A stretch of 62,632 nucleotides of DNA from a virus (lineage: Duplodnaviria; Caudoviricetes). The stretch's first letter is position 1; each line of letters opens with the position of its first letter. The stretch is taken from IMG/VR virus record IMGVR_UViG_3300029319_009000, positions 1 to 62,632 of that record. One strand, given 5' to 3'. Shown piece after piece: positions 50,829 through 58,870 of this stretch. Both the position numbers and the translations under genes were made by a program. The notes under the pieces are model-generated. The model saw only the letters and a program-made list of their open reading frames with translations, ran no database searches and was not told where the DNA came from.

Positions 50829-52153
50829 TACTCAAACACCTGTTCCTCTAAAGACTGGATCCATTTATCTAAATCCTCTTTCTCTTTTTCAGATTCATAT
50901 ACAGCATCCGCAAATTGTTTATATTGATTTTCATTTGTAAACTTTGCCCTAATATATTTATCCAGTTCTTTTGCTGTTTTTTTATACACACTAGGATTTT
51001 CGTATACATCTCTGATGGCAGTTTTATAACTTTTTTCAACAGGATAAGCCCATAAACAATTTTCTTCGATGACACCTTTCCAAACCGCTTGAGGTTGAAC
51101 CTTTCCCAATTGATGGTTCACTTTTGCAAAATAAGGAATCATTTTTTTATTAGATTTTTTACCCTTTTTTGTTTTTTCTGGTGCATAAAGAAAATCTACT
51201 TGACCGCTCCATCCCATAGCAATAACAGGAATTTTGTGATATGCAGCTTCAAATATTGGCAATCCAAAACCTTCTCCGTGAGCGAGATTTATAAACCCTT
51301 TAATGCTCGAATGTTGATAGAGACCATTCATTTCTTCTTCTGTCATATCTCCATGAACAAGATATACTTTGCACTTCATTCCCTGCAACCTTTCAGAACT
51401 TAAAAGGTTTTGTAATCTTTCAATGGAAAAAGTTTTATCAATATTGGATGTATTCGATATCGACGCCTTAACAATAAGACCGACATCTTCATTGTCTTTG
51501 AACTCCTCTACAAACCATCCAATAGTCGATTCAAGGTTCTTTCTGGGGCTCCACTGGGCAACGGTTAAAAAATTAAATTTAGTTTTAAATTTGTAATCAA
51601 ATTTCACCGAATTTGTTTCTTTAACTGGATAATTTACAGTTATGACCTCTGGGTGGCTTGGATTTTCTTTGTCCAACTTTAAATGTTCTACAACTTCTCC
51701 TTGTTGATTTTTAATTTCATAAGCAGTATCGTAAAATACATCTTTTGCATGGTTAGAGACAACAATAATTTTATCCATCTCTATACATTTTTGGATCCAT
51801 ACAGGAGAAGCGATATTTGTTTCGATACCAGCGGTATAGCCTACATTATATGCAGCTAATTCCCTATCCCACTCATTTGGGATTGTCACTTGCAAAGACA
51901 TGTCATACTTTTGTGGTCCGGGAATATTTTGTAGTTGAGACTCACGGATAATTGTTTTTTCTATGATAGAGTCGATCCACCTTCTTTCTTCAGTGTCTTC
52001 CCAAGTCCAACTTAATTTACCCCAGTTAGTTGGAATTACAAATATATCAAACCTTTCTTCGTGCTCTCTTAAAGACCTAAGAGCAAAGCGAGCTTGCTCT
52101 CCATACCCAGACCTACTTAGCACTGGTCCTTTTAATAAAATTCTTTTTCTCAT
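50828..52153 (-). CDS. GT4 glycosyltransferase
   Basis: SRSGYG, PRKN, HGEGFGLPIFEA; start moved to ATG 52153 (GGAG RBS, ATGA overlap). Confidence 0.88.
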   Translation of the reverse strand: MRKRILLKGPVLSRSGYGEQARFALRSLREHEERFDIFVIPTNWGKLSWTWEDTEERRWIDSIIEKTIIRESQLQNIPGPQKYDMSLQVTIPNEWDRELAAYNVGYTAGIETNIASPVWIQKCIEMDKIIVVSNHAKDVFYDTAYEIKNQQGEVVEHLKLDKENPSHPEVITVNYPVKETNSVKFDYKFKTKFNFLTVAQWSPRKNLESTIGWFVEEFKDNEDVGLIVKASISNTSNIDKTFSIERLQNLLSSERLQGMKCKVYLVHGDMTEEEMNGLYQHSSIKGFINLAHGEGFGLPIFEAAYHKIPVIAMGWSGQVDFLYAPEKTKKGKKSNKKMIPYFAKVNHQLGKVQPQAVWKGVIEENCLWAYPVEKSYKTAIRDVYENPSVYKKTAKELDKYIRAKFTNENQYKQFADAVYESEKEKEDLDKWIQSLEEQVFE

Positions 52154-53421
52154 TGTATCTCCGTAACACTCCAAGGTTTGTAATTTTTTCTAGTATCCCA
52201 AGATCCATGCTTCTCGTGGACTCCTAACATTAAGTCAACCCAAGTTTTCTCAAAGTTTTCAAAACCATAATTATTTTCAACATGAAGCCTTCCTTTTTTG
52301 CCAATCTCTTGTCTCTCTTCTCTTGTCATGTTATGTACTTTAAGAAGAGCATCAACAAAATCTTCTTCTGAAATTCTATCTTCATAAATGTATGGTACTT
52401 GTTGCGACCCGATGAGTGATTTAGAGCTAGGCTCTATACCTACGCCAAACCACTCTTTGCCATCTGTTACCTGCTCTTGTAGTCCCCCAGTCATGGTAAC
52501 AATAATTGGCGTACCACATGAAAGAGCCTCAAGTGTCCCAAGACCAAACCCTTCGGCATCAGAAATATTTACAACTACATCCGAAATATTGTACATTGCT
52601 GCCAAGTTATGTGGTGGCACTTTTTCCCTAGATAAGAGAACTTGACCTTTATCTAACCCAAAATCGCGCAAGATCATATTAAGATCTTGCCCATAAGGAT
52701 CCGCAGGATCTGTGTGCATAAGCAAGACACACTTCTTTGCTTTCTCTTCGCCGAGCTTATCTAAGAATTTAGAATACCAATGAATAAGAGTTCCACTCTG
52801 TTTTCTTTTTGCATTACGATTATTCCACATAATCACAAATTTATCGTCAGATTTAAAATATTTTTCACGTAATTCTTTTCTTTTCTCATCACTATCTAGT
52901 GGCTTAAATATACTAGAATCAACTGCATGTGGCATATAAAGTGCCTCAACATCACTTGTAGTCTGCTGTACAATATCATGCGTTACTTTTGAGATACAAG
53001 CGATGCAATCATTTGAATCATAAAACTTTTTATTATATTTTGGAGCAGGATGATTGTCCCAAACATGATAGTATACCATTGGCACTAGCGGTCTAATCTC
53101 ATTTTCCATTGACCACAACCACTCGTAAAATCTTGGATCGGTCATAAACCATAAAATGTCTGGTTTTTGAGTTCTGATTAGAGATCTAATTATTTCTTGG
53201 CTACCATAACTATCTACTGGCTGGATTAGCCAGTCTTCGCCATATGGGTCTATTTTAGAAATTTCGTAATTGTGATGTTTAATTGCACCCGCTAAAGAAA
53301 ATATTTGAAACTTTCCTGTTTTCAATAGAGCTTCGCATACATATTTTGTTTGAGTTCCGACACCCGAAGGGGAGAGAGGGTGGTCACTAATGGTAAGTAC
53401 CTTAATTTTTTTTTCTGTCAT
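52150..53421 (-). CDS. GT4 glycosyltransferase
   Basis: SDHP..PSGVG, NNRNAKRK, EGFGLGTLEALSCGTP, TGGL. Confidence 0.9.
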   Translation of the reverse strand: MTEKKIKVLTISDHPLSPSGVGTQTKYVCEALLKTGKFQIFSLAGAIKHHNYEISKIDPYGEDWLIQPVDSYGSQEIIRSLIRTQKPDILWFMTDPRFYEWLWSMENEIRPLVPMVYYHVWDNHPAPKYNKKFYDSNDCIACISKVTHDIVQQTTSDVEALYMPHAVDSSIFKPLDSDEKRKELREKYFKSDDKFVIMWNNRNAKRKQSGTLIHWYSKFLDKLGEEKAKKCVLLMHTDPADPYGQDLNMILRDFGLDKGQVLLSREKVPPHNLAAMYNISDVVVNISDAEGFGLGTLEALSCGTPIIVTMTGGLQEQVTDGKEWFGVGIEPSSKSLIGSQQVPYIYEDRISEEDFVDALLKVHNMTREERQEIGKKGRLHVENNYGFENFEKTWVDLMLGVHEKHGSWDTRKNYKPWSVTEIQ

Positions 53422-54191
53422 GGGCAGTGTTCCGTTCTGTGAAATTCACACTTACTACAAGCAAGTCTGTTTTTAATAAAATTCTTATTTTCAATATTAT
53501 AAACAGCCTTTTTCAAAAAGTTAAGAGCATTTTCAGTCTTTTTTGGACCGCTTGTTACACGGAAGATCTCAACCCTGTCTTTCTTGGCTGTTCTTTTAAG
53601 TAGTGCAAAATGAGTTTCTACCATTTTTGGGTCAACATTGTGTTTCTTTGCCCAGAAATGCTTGTAAAAAGTAAGCTGGTAGGTCATCATAGGGTCAGAA
53701 CGCTTCCTAGCATCCCACCCCCAAGAACAAGTTTTCCAATCAATCACATGATACTTGCCGTCAGGGGTCTTAATGATCAAGTCAATAAACCCTTTAAACT
53801 TTTCAATCTCTTTTGGCTGGAAGAATTCAATCATTTCCATCAAATCTTCCTCTGCTTCGACAACTTCATAGTCTCCAAAGTGGTCTTGTAATGCAGGAAG
53901 CACTTCGTCAAGGATAGGAGGACCTTGATCTTTCATTTTTTCTACTAAATCGCCCGTTTTTTCGACGTTTTCGGGCAAATTATCAAGGATTTCCTTGAAT
54001 TTTAGTTGAAAAAAGGACTTTTTGTCTTTCAAACCCTCGGTAAGCATCTTTTCACAAGAGTCATGCATCGCATTACCAAAGGCCGTAAAAGCATTACCTT
54101 GGAAGCCTTTTACCTTATCTAAGTTCATTAATTTGTGATAAAAGGGGCAAAAGTTCCAGTTTTTTGCCTCTGAGAAGCTAATGTGCGTCAT
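53418..54191 (-). CDS. PD-(D/E)XK exonuclease, Cas4/AddB-like with Fe-S cysteines
   Basis: FCP, GNAMH, GFIDLI, IDWKT, QLTFY, C-terminal CSKCEFHRTEHC. Confidence 0.88.
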   Translation of the reverse strand: MTHISFSEAKNWNFCPFYHKLMNLDKVKGFQGNAFTAFGNAMHDSCEKMLTEGLKDKKSFFQLKFKEILDNLPENVEKTGDLVEKMKDQGPPILDEVLPALQDHFGDYEVVEAEEDLMEMIEFFQPKEIEKFKGFIDLIIKTPDGKYHVIDWKTCSWGWDARKRSDPMMTYQLTFYKHFWAKKHNVDPKMVETHFALLKRTAKKDRVEIFRVTSGPKKTENALNFLKKAVYNIENKNFIKNRLACSKCEFHRTEHCP

Positions 54192-54193
54192 TA

Positions 54194-54895
54194 TTACTCC
54201 GTATTTGCTAAAGTTTCAAGCTTATTATACAATACGGGACAAATTTTTGCAAGGTAATTGTGATCTTTAAATAAAAAATATGCCTCAAATCCTCGGGCGA
54301 AGTATTCTCTTACAGAAGTGGCTGCATACGGGGAGTAAAACAAGCCATTGATATAATTTGCTAATTTTTTGTAGCCTATTTGATTACTAAAGAAGTCATC
54401 TAGTTTGGCATCATAATCTAATTCGTGAAAATTATTTTTCAACTCTGTACACTCCTCACCATTTGCTTTGAGGATTTGATATAGTCTCTCTCTTTTACCT
54501 AGAAATTCATTTTGAAGCCTGCCATCTCCATATATATGATTTGCGTACTTTTCTTCTACTGCGTGAGCAATTTCGTGCACAATATCATCAGCCATATCTT
54601 TGGCGTTATCTTGTACATTAATTACATAAATTGCACCATCTTCATAAGCAGCATTAAATCTTTTTTCGTGAAATTCCTTAAAATCTCCGACATAGATCAC
54701 ATCTACGCCAGAGGCTAGGTAAGGAGGCACACTTTTTTGTACAATATCGATTACTTGTCTAATATTACTGTGCCCGTCTAAGAAAAACAATTCAGGGCTA
54801 ATGTAGATAGGAATTGAATTAAACAAAAAATGTTCTTTAGAATTGTTTCTAGTTTTACTAGAGGACTTATTGATATATTCTTTAAGGCTGCTCAT
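54194..54895 (-). CDS. Putative zinc metallopeptidase (HEXXH zincin)
   Basis: IVHEIAHAVE plus distal YAATSVREYFA. Confidence 0.7.
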   Translation of the reverse strand: MSSLKEYINKSSSKTRNNSKEHFLFNSIPIYISPELFFLDGHSNIRQVIDIVQKSVPPYLASGVDVIYVGDFKEFHEKRFNAAYEDGAIYVINVQDNAKDMADDIVHEIAHAVEEKYANHIYGDGRLQNEFLGKRERLYQILKANGEECTELKNNFHELDYDAKLDDFFSNQIGYKKLANYINGLFYSPYAATSVREYFARGFEAYFLFKDHNYLAKICPVLYNKLETLANTE

Positions 54896-55193
54896 CTTCT
54901 TTTGTTTTGTTTAGTTCCTCTTCAACAAGTCTTTCACCAACCTCCACATCCACCATTGCTTGCTGATATCCTCGAATCCAGTTTTCTTCTGCTACAGTCA
55001 AAACAAACTCAGGGAACTCCTGCGCCATAGTATTAACAATCATTTCCACAGTCACTTCATCGTTATCTGGTTTTTCTTTTTTTCCAACATATTCAATTAA
55101 AAAAGTTTTTAATTCATTTTCTTTTTCCACTGTCTGCTGCGAAACTTCTTCAAATTTGCTTAAATCAATTTCATTAAAGTTAATCTCGTTCAT
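54882..55193 (-). CDS. Hypothetical acidic protein (103 aa)
   Basis: TAAGGAG RBS; directly downstream of the tRNA pair. Confidence 0.65.
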   Translation of the reverse strand: MNEINFNEIDLSKFEEVSQQTVEKENELKTFLIEYVGKKEKPDNDEVTVEMIVNTMAQEFPEFVLTVAEENWIRGYQQAMVDVEVGERLVEEELNKTKEDEQP

Positions 55194-55208
55194 TACTTTC
55201 TCCTTATT

Positions 55209-55285
55209 TGGTGGGCCCGCTCGGACTCGAACCGAGGACTAATCGCTTATGAGGCGACTGCTCTAACCAACTGAACTACAGGCCC
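55209..55285 (-). tRNA. tRNA with CAU anticodon, probably tRNA-Ile2 (lysidine-modified, reads AUA)
   Basis: GGGCCTG acceptor stem, GTCGC-CT-CAT-AA-GCGAT arm, GGTTCGAGTCC, encoded CCA; paired 1-72 and C4-G69/C5-G68 fit Ile2 rather than initiator Met. Confidence 0.9.
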
Positions 55286-55289
55286 GCAG

Positions 55290-55363
55290 TTGGCGATATG
55301 GGAGTTGAACCCATCTCTAGGATGCTTATAAGACACCCCCTGACTACCAGCCAGCCATCGCCA
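55290..55363 (-). tRNA. Atypical tRNA-Ile(UAU)
   Basis: Acceptor TGGCGAT/ATCGCCA, anticodon arm GGTGT-CT-TAT-AA-GCATC, T-arm ATGGG-TTCAACT-CCCAT; G at position 8, no encoded CCA. Confidence 0.72.
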
Positions 55364-55377
55364 CTAACTATAGCACA

Positions 55378-55406
55378 AATATAAAATATTATTAAAGTTT
55401 TGTCAA
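55378..55406 (-). promoter_or_regulatory. Sigma70-type promoter for the tRNA-Ile pair
   Basis: TTGACA-17 nt-TATATT ending 14 nt upstream of the tRNA 5' end. Confidence 0.72.
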
Positions 55407-55413
55407 CAAAAAA

Positions 55414-56727
55414 TTATAAAATCTTTGCTGCTAGAGTGGCAACCTTTGACCGTTCGCCCTTTTGGAGAGTAATGTGACCTGATATGTCGTGCTCTTTAAA
55501 TTTTTCAACAGCGTAGGTTAAGCCGTTGGAAGTCTCGTCAATGTAAATATTGTCTATTTGCTCGATATCACCAGTAAGAATTATTTTTGTTCCTTCCCCA
55601 ACACGGGTGAGAATAGTTTTAAGTTCGTGTCTTGTGAGGTTTTGTGCTTCATCAATAATAATGAAGGCGTTTGTGATAGAACGCCCCCGGATGTATGTGA
55701 TAGCTTCTATTTCGATGATGCCCTTTTCAAAGTACATTTTGACTGTATCCCTATCATTTCCTAGTAAAAACTCTAAATTATCTTTGATGGGCATCAGCCA
55801 TGGATCCATCTTCTCCTCTAGTGTTCCGGGTAGGAAGCCGATATCTTTGCCAAGTGGTTGGATTGGACGAGATACAATAAGCTTTTTATATTCATTATCG
55901 TCTCCTAATACTTGCTCTAATCCTGCTGCTACGGCTAGTAGAGTTTTACCAGAACCAGCTTGTCCGATAAGCGAAACTACTTCAACATCTGGGTCCATTA
56001 GAAGCTCCAATGCAAAAGATTGTTCCTTATTTCTGGCATCGATACCCCAGACATTTTCCATCTTATACATCTTTACAAGTGGATCGCTGTAGTTGTAAAA
56101 TCTAGCCAAAGCAGTTTTCTTGTCGTTTGAGTTGGATACCAGCATCACATATTGGTTTGGTTGTAGCTTTATTTCTTCTTTATCAGCGAATATTTCTTCA
56201 CCAGCATAGAATGAGTCAACAACTTGTTCATCGACAAGGTATTTTGATAGCCCTGTAAATACCTCGTCTTTGTTTTCAACTGTATCGTGTGCTACATAAT
56301 CTTCGCATAATAACCCAAGCGAATCACATTTAACACGCATATTAATATCTTGCGAGACAACAATAACTTTTTTTCTTTTATATTTTGCTTTTTCGGTCAG
56401 AGCAGTAGCTATGATTTGATTATCTGGTACGCTTAAGTCAAAGTCGTGGGGAAGACCTTCCGTTTCGTAGTGTTGTACAAAAAGTTTTCCTTTACCTTCT
56501 CCTAGTGAAACACCTTTGAAAAGACTACCCTTTGTTCTGTATACATCTAAAATACGAATAACATAACGGGCATTAAATCCTGCTCCGTCTTGTCTGGCTT
56601 TGTTTTTATCTATTTCATCTAAAACTTTAAGTGGAATGATGATGTCGTTTTCTTCAAACTGTTTCAAGCAGTTAGGATCGGATAGGAAAACGCAGGTGTC
56701 TAAGACAAATGTTTTTTTCACAGGCAT
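55414..56727 (-). CDS. phoH: PhoH-family ATPase with N-terminal PIN domain
   Basis: FVLDTCVF, VLDEID, DNQII, SQDINMR (PIN); GQAGSGKT, IGFLPG, YIRGRS, IIDEAQN, GDIEQID (PhoH). Confidence 0.93.
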   Translation of the reverse strand: MPVKKTFVLDTCVFLSDPNCLKQFEENDIIIPLKVLDEIDKNKARQDGAGFNARYVIRILDVYRTKGSLFKGVSLGEGKGKLFVQHYETEGLPHDFDLSVPDNQIIATALTEKAKYKRKKVIVVSQDINMRVKCDSLGLLCEDYVAHDTVENKDEVFTGLSKYLVDEQVVDSFYAGEEIFADKEEIKLQPNQYVMLVSNSNDKKTALARFYNYSDPLVKMYKMENVWGIDARNKEQSFALELLMDPDVEVVSLIGQAGSGKTLLAVAAGLEQVLGDDNEYKKLIVSRPIQPLGKDIGFLPGTLEEKMDPWLMPIKDNLEFLLGNDRDTVKMYFEKGIIEIEAITYIRGRSITNAFIIIDEAQNLTRHELKTILTRVGEGTKIILTGDIEQIDNIYIDETSNGLTYAVEKFKEHDISGHITLQKGERSKVATLAAKIL

Positions 56728-56779
56728 ACCTCGTATAGTAATTACTCAGAGAAAATATTAAAGTTTAAACTTTTTTGAA

Positions 56780-56787
56780 ACTAGTTA
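56780..56787 (+). promoter_or_regulatory. CTAnTTA motif, 4 nt before the protease ATG
   Basis: ACTAGTTA-AGAT-ATG(56792). Confidence 0.52.
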
Positions 56788-56791
56788 AGAT

Positions 56792-57619
56792 ATGCGAAAG
56801 AAACTTACACTATTAGCCTTTTTATTATCATTAACTATTTTTTTGCCATCCTGTGTTTCGACTAATTTTGGATTTCATATCCCAGAAGACTCTAGGGATC
56901 AATTTGTAAGAATAATCCAACAAGCATATGTTAGTATATGCGCGGAAGAAGGGTGTGTAACCAATCCTTTGAGATCTAGTGGGTCTGGTGCGATAGTTGC
57001 AGAAAGCACAAAAGGATCATACATTTTAACTGCTGGTCATGTCTGTGAATTAGAAATTGAAAATATTGTGCGAACACCAGAAATGCTAAAAGCGATAAAT
57101 GGTATTGAAGTGCACATGTCAATAGTGAATTTATCTCAATCAAAATATAAAGCACAGATAGTATCTATTGACAATAATAGTGATTTATGCTTACTTTTTT
57201 CTAAAAATTACTGGAATGAAAAAGGTCCTGCTAAAATAGCTGATTCTCCCGTATTTGAAGGAGAAAGAGTCTATAATGTCGCAGCGCCGGTTGGCATATT
57301 TTATGAAGATGTTGTTCCGTTACTAGAAGGGTTTTATATGGGAAAGGATGGTTTGAAAGCTTATTATTCAATCCCTGCTATGGGTGGAAGCTCTGGTTCT
57401 CCAATATTTAATATCAGGGGTCACTTAGTGGGAATGATTCATTCTGTCAATGTTGCATTTCCTATGGTGTCTGTATCACCAACACAAAAAGAATTAAAAA
57501 AATTCCTTGAATCAAATATAAAGGCTCACAAAAAAGAACTAGCATACCTAGAAAGAGAAATGCGTTCCAAGAGAGATATTGAGCCTCTTTGGAAATTTTT
57601 AGGTTTAGATAGGATTTAG
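56792..57619 (+). CDS. Trypsin-like serine protease, predicted lipoprotein
   Basis: Signal peptide ending LPS-C; LTAGHVC (His), DLCLL (Asp), GGSSGSPI (Ser). Confidence 0.88.
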   Translation: MRKKLTLLAFLLSLTIFLPSCVSTNFGFHIPEDSRDQFVRIIQQAYVSICAEEGCVTNPLRSSGSGAIVAESTKGSYILTAGHVCELEIENIVRTPEMLKAINGIEVHMSIVNLSQSKYKAQIVSIDNNSDLCLLFSKNYWNEKGPAKIADSPVFEGERVYNVAAPVGIFYEDVVPLLEGFYMGKDGLKAYYSIPAMGGSSGSPIFNIRGHLVGMIHSVNVAFPMVSVSPTQKELKKFLESNIKAHKKELAYLEREMRSKRDIEPLWKFLGLDRI

Positions 57620-57702
57620 TGTCGGAAGGGGGACTCGAACCCCCACGCTCTAGGAGCAACAGATTTTAAGTCTGTCGTGTCTACCAATTCCACCACTCCG
57701 AC
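57620..57702 (-). tRNA. tRNA-Leu(UAA)
   Basis: GTCGGAG/TTCCGAC acceptor, ACAGA-CT-TAA-AA-TCTGT, long variable arm, GGGGG-TTCGAGT-CCCCC; no encoded CCA. Confidence 0.93.
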
Positions 57703-57718
57703 ATTTTAATCTATACAT

Positions 57719-57748
57719 TTTATAACATTACTGTTACATCTTTGTCAA
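57719..57748 (-). promoter_or_regulatory. Sigma70-type promoter for tRNA-Leu
   Basis: TTGACA-18 nt-TATAAA with an extended -10 TGn. Confidence 0.62.
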
Positions 57749-57786
57749 GGTTTATCTTATGACAATAGCAAAAAATAAGTATAGAT

Positions 57787-58419
57787 ATGAAAAAGATAAA
57801 AAGATTTTTTATGTCTCTGCTGATAGCCTTTGCTGGCTTCTTTGGTGTAATGTTTTTTATTGTTGCCCTCAACGAAAAAAGTTTGGACAAGGATAAGAAA
57901 CCAGAACAAAAACAAACTGTCTTCAAGGTTGAGAAGGTTAAAAAACCACCAGTCAAGCCGAAAAAGAAAAAGAAGAAGGAAAGAGTAAAAAAGGCTGCGA
58001 AAGCCAAAGCACCCAAGCCAGTTATACCATCCACACTTGTGGGAGCATCCTTTGATATACCTTCCCTAGAAATAAAGGATATTGTTAGTAATGATCTACT
58101 TGGCGAGGTAGAGAACGCAAAAGATTTACTTATGACTGCTGGATCTGTCGATACAAAGCCGAGACCAAACATTTCCAATAAACCTCCTTCCTATCCTAGA
58201 CAAGCAGCGAGAGACGGTATTACAGGTAAAATAACTTTGAAAATATTGTTGAGTAAAGAAGGTAGGGTTCTAAAAAGCCGTGTTACAAAGTCTATGCCCA
58301 AGAGTGTTTTTGATGATGCTGCCCTGAAAGCAGTTGCTAACTGGACCTTTGAGCCAGCGATGTATAAGGGTCAACCTGTGAAGATTTGGATAGACCAAGA
58401 AGTTATTTTTGAGATTTGA
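57787..58419 (+). CDS. tonB: TonB-family energy transducer
   Basis: N-terminal TM helix, Lys/Pro-rich linker, C-domain YPRQAARDGITG.I.L..LL...G.V, FDDAALKAV..W.FEPA..GQPV. Confidence 0.9.
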   Translation: MKKIKRFFMSLLIAFAGFFGVMFFIVALNEKSLDKDKKPEQKQTVFKVEKVKKPPVKPKKKKKKERVKKAAKAKAPKPVIPSTLVGASFDIPSLEIKDIVSNDLLGEVENAKDLLMTAGSVDTKPRPNISNKPPSYPRQAARDGITGKITLKILLSKEGRVLKSRVTKSMPKSVFDDAALKAVANWTFEPAMYKGQPVKIWIDQEVIFEI

Positions 58420-58870
58420 GATTTTTTAGTTCTTTGTTTGCATGATTGATTATAGATTTTTGAGCAGCAACTAGTATATCATCATCGATATGTTTTGCAG
58501 TATCTCCTAAATTAAAAACAGGCTCAATCCCAAGATAGCCACATACTTGCAATTCTTCTTTTGGTAGTGACAAACTTGTGGCAGAGCCTCCATTCCCAAA
58601 ATATGTAGGTCGAGTTTCAAACAGGGCGTAAGTCACATCTCCCTCAGAATCATCAAAAGCTATAACTTTAGAAACATATTTACATTCTTCTAAAATACTT
58701 TTTCTAGTCTCAAAATCAAATAAAAGATGACCCTTATTTTTCATAACCCATTCATCACTATTTAAGGCAACAATTACTTTGCCATAATTGCTAGCATCTT
58801 TCAATAGTAGCAAATGACCGAAATGAAGTGGGTTGAAAGCACCGCTTATAAGAATCGTTTTCTCACTCAT
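58403..58870 (-). CDS. Second HIGH-family cytidylyltransferase-like protein
   Basis: SGAFNPLHFGH, VALNSDEW, AFDDS, FGNGG; paralogue of 50370-50828. Confidence 0.85.
   Translation of the reverse strand: MSEKTILISGAFNPLHFGHLLLLKDASNYGKVIVALNSDEWVMKNKGHLLFDFETRKSILEECKYVSKVIAFDDSEGDVTYALFETRPTYFGNGGSATSLSLPKEELQVCGYLGIEPVFNLGDTAKHIDDDILVAAQKSIINHANKELKNLKSQK

Noticed and set aside
53418-54191. CRISPR-Cas locus
   Set aside because: Only a solo Cas4-like nuclease; no repeat-spacer array or other cas genes seen.
57462-57659. 65-aa minus-strand ORF
   Set aside because: It overlaps tRNA-Leu and lies antisense to the serine protease; spurious.
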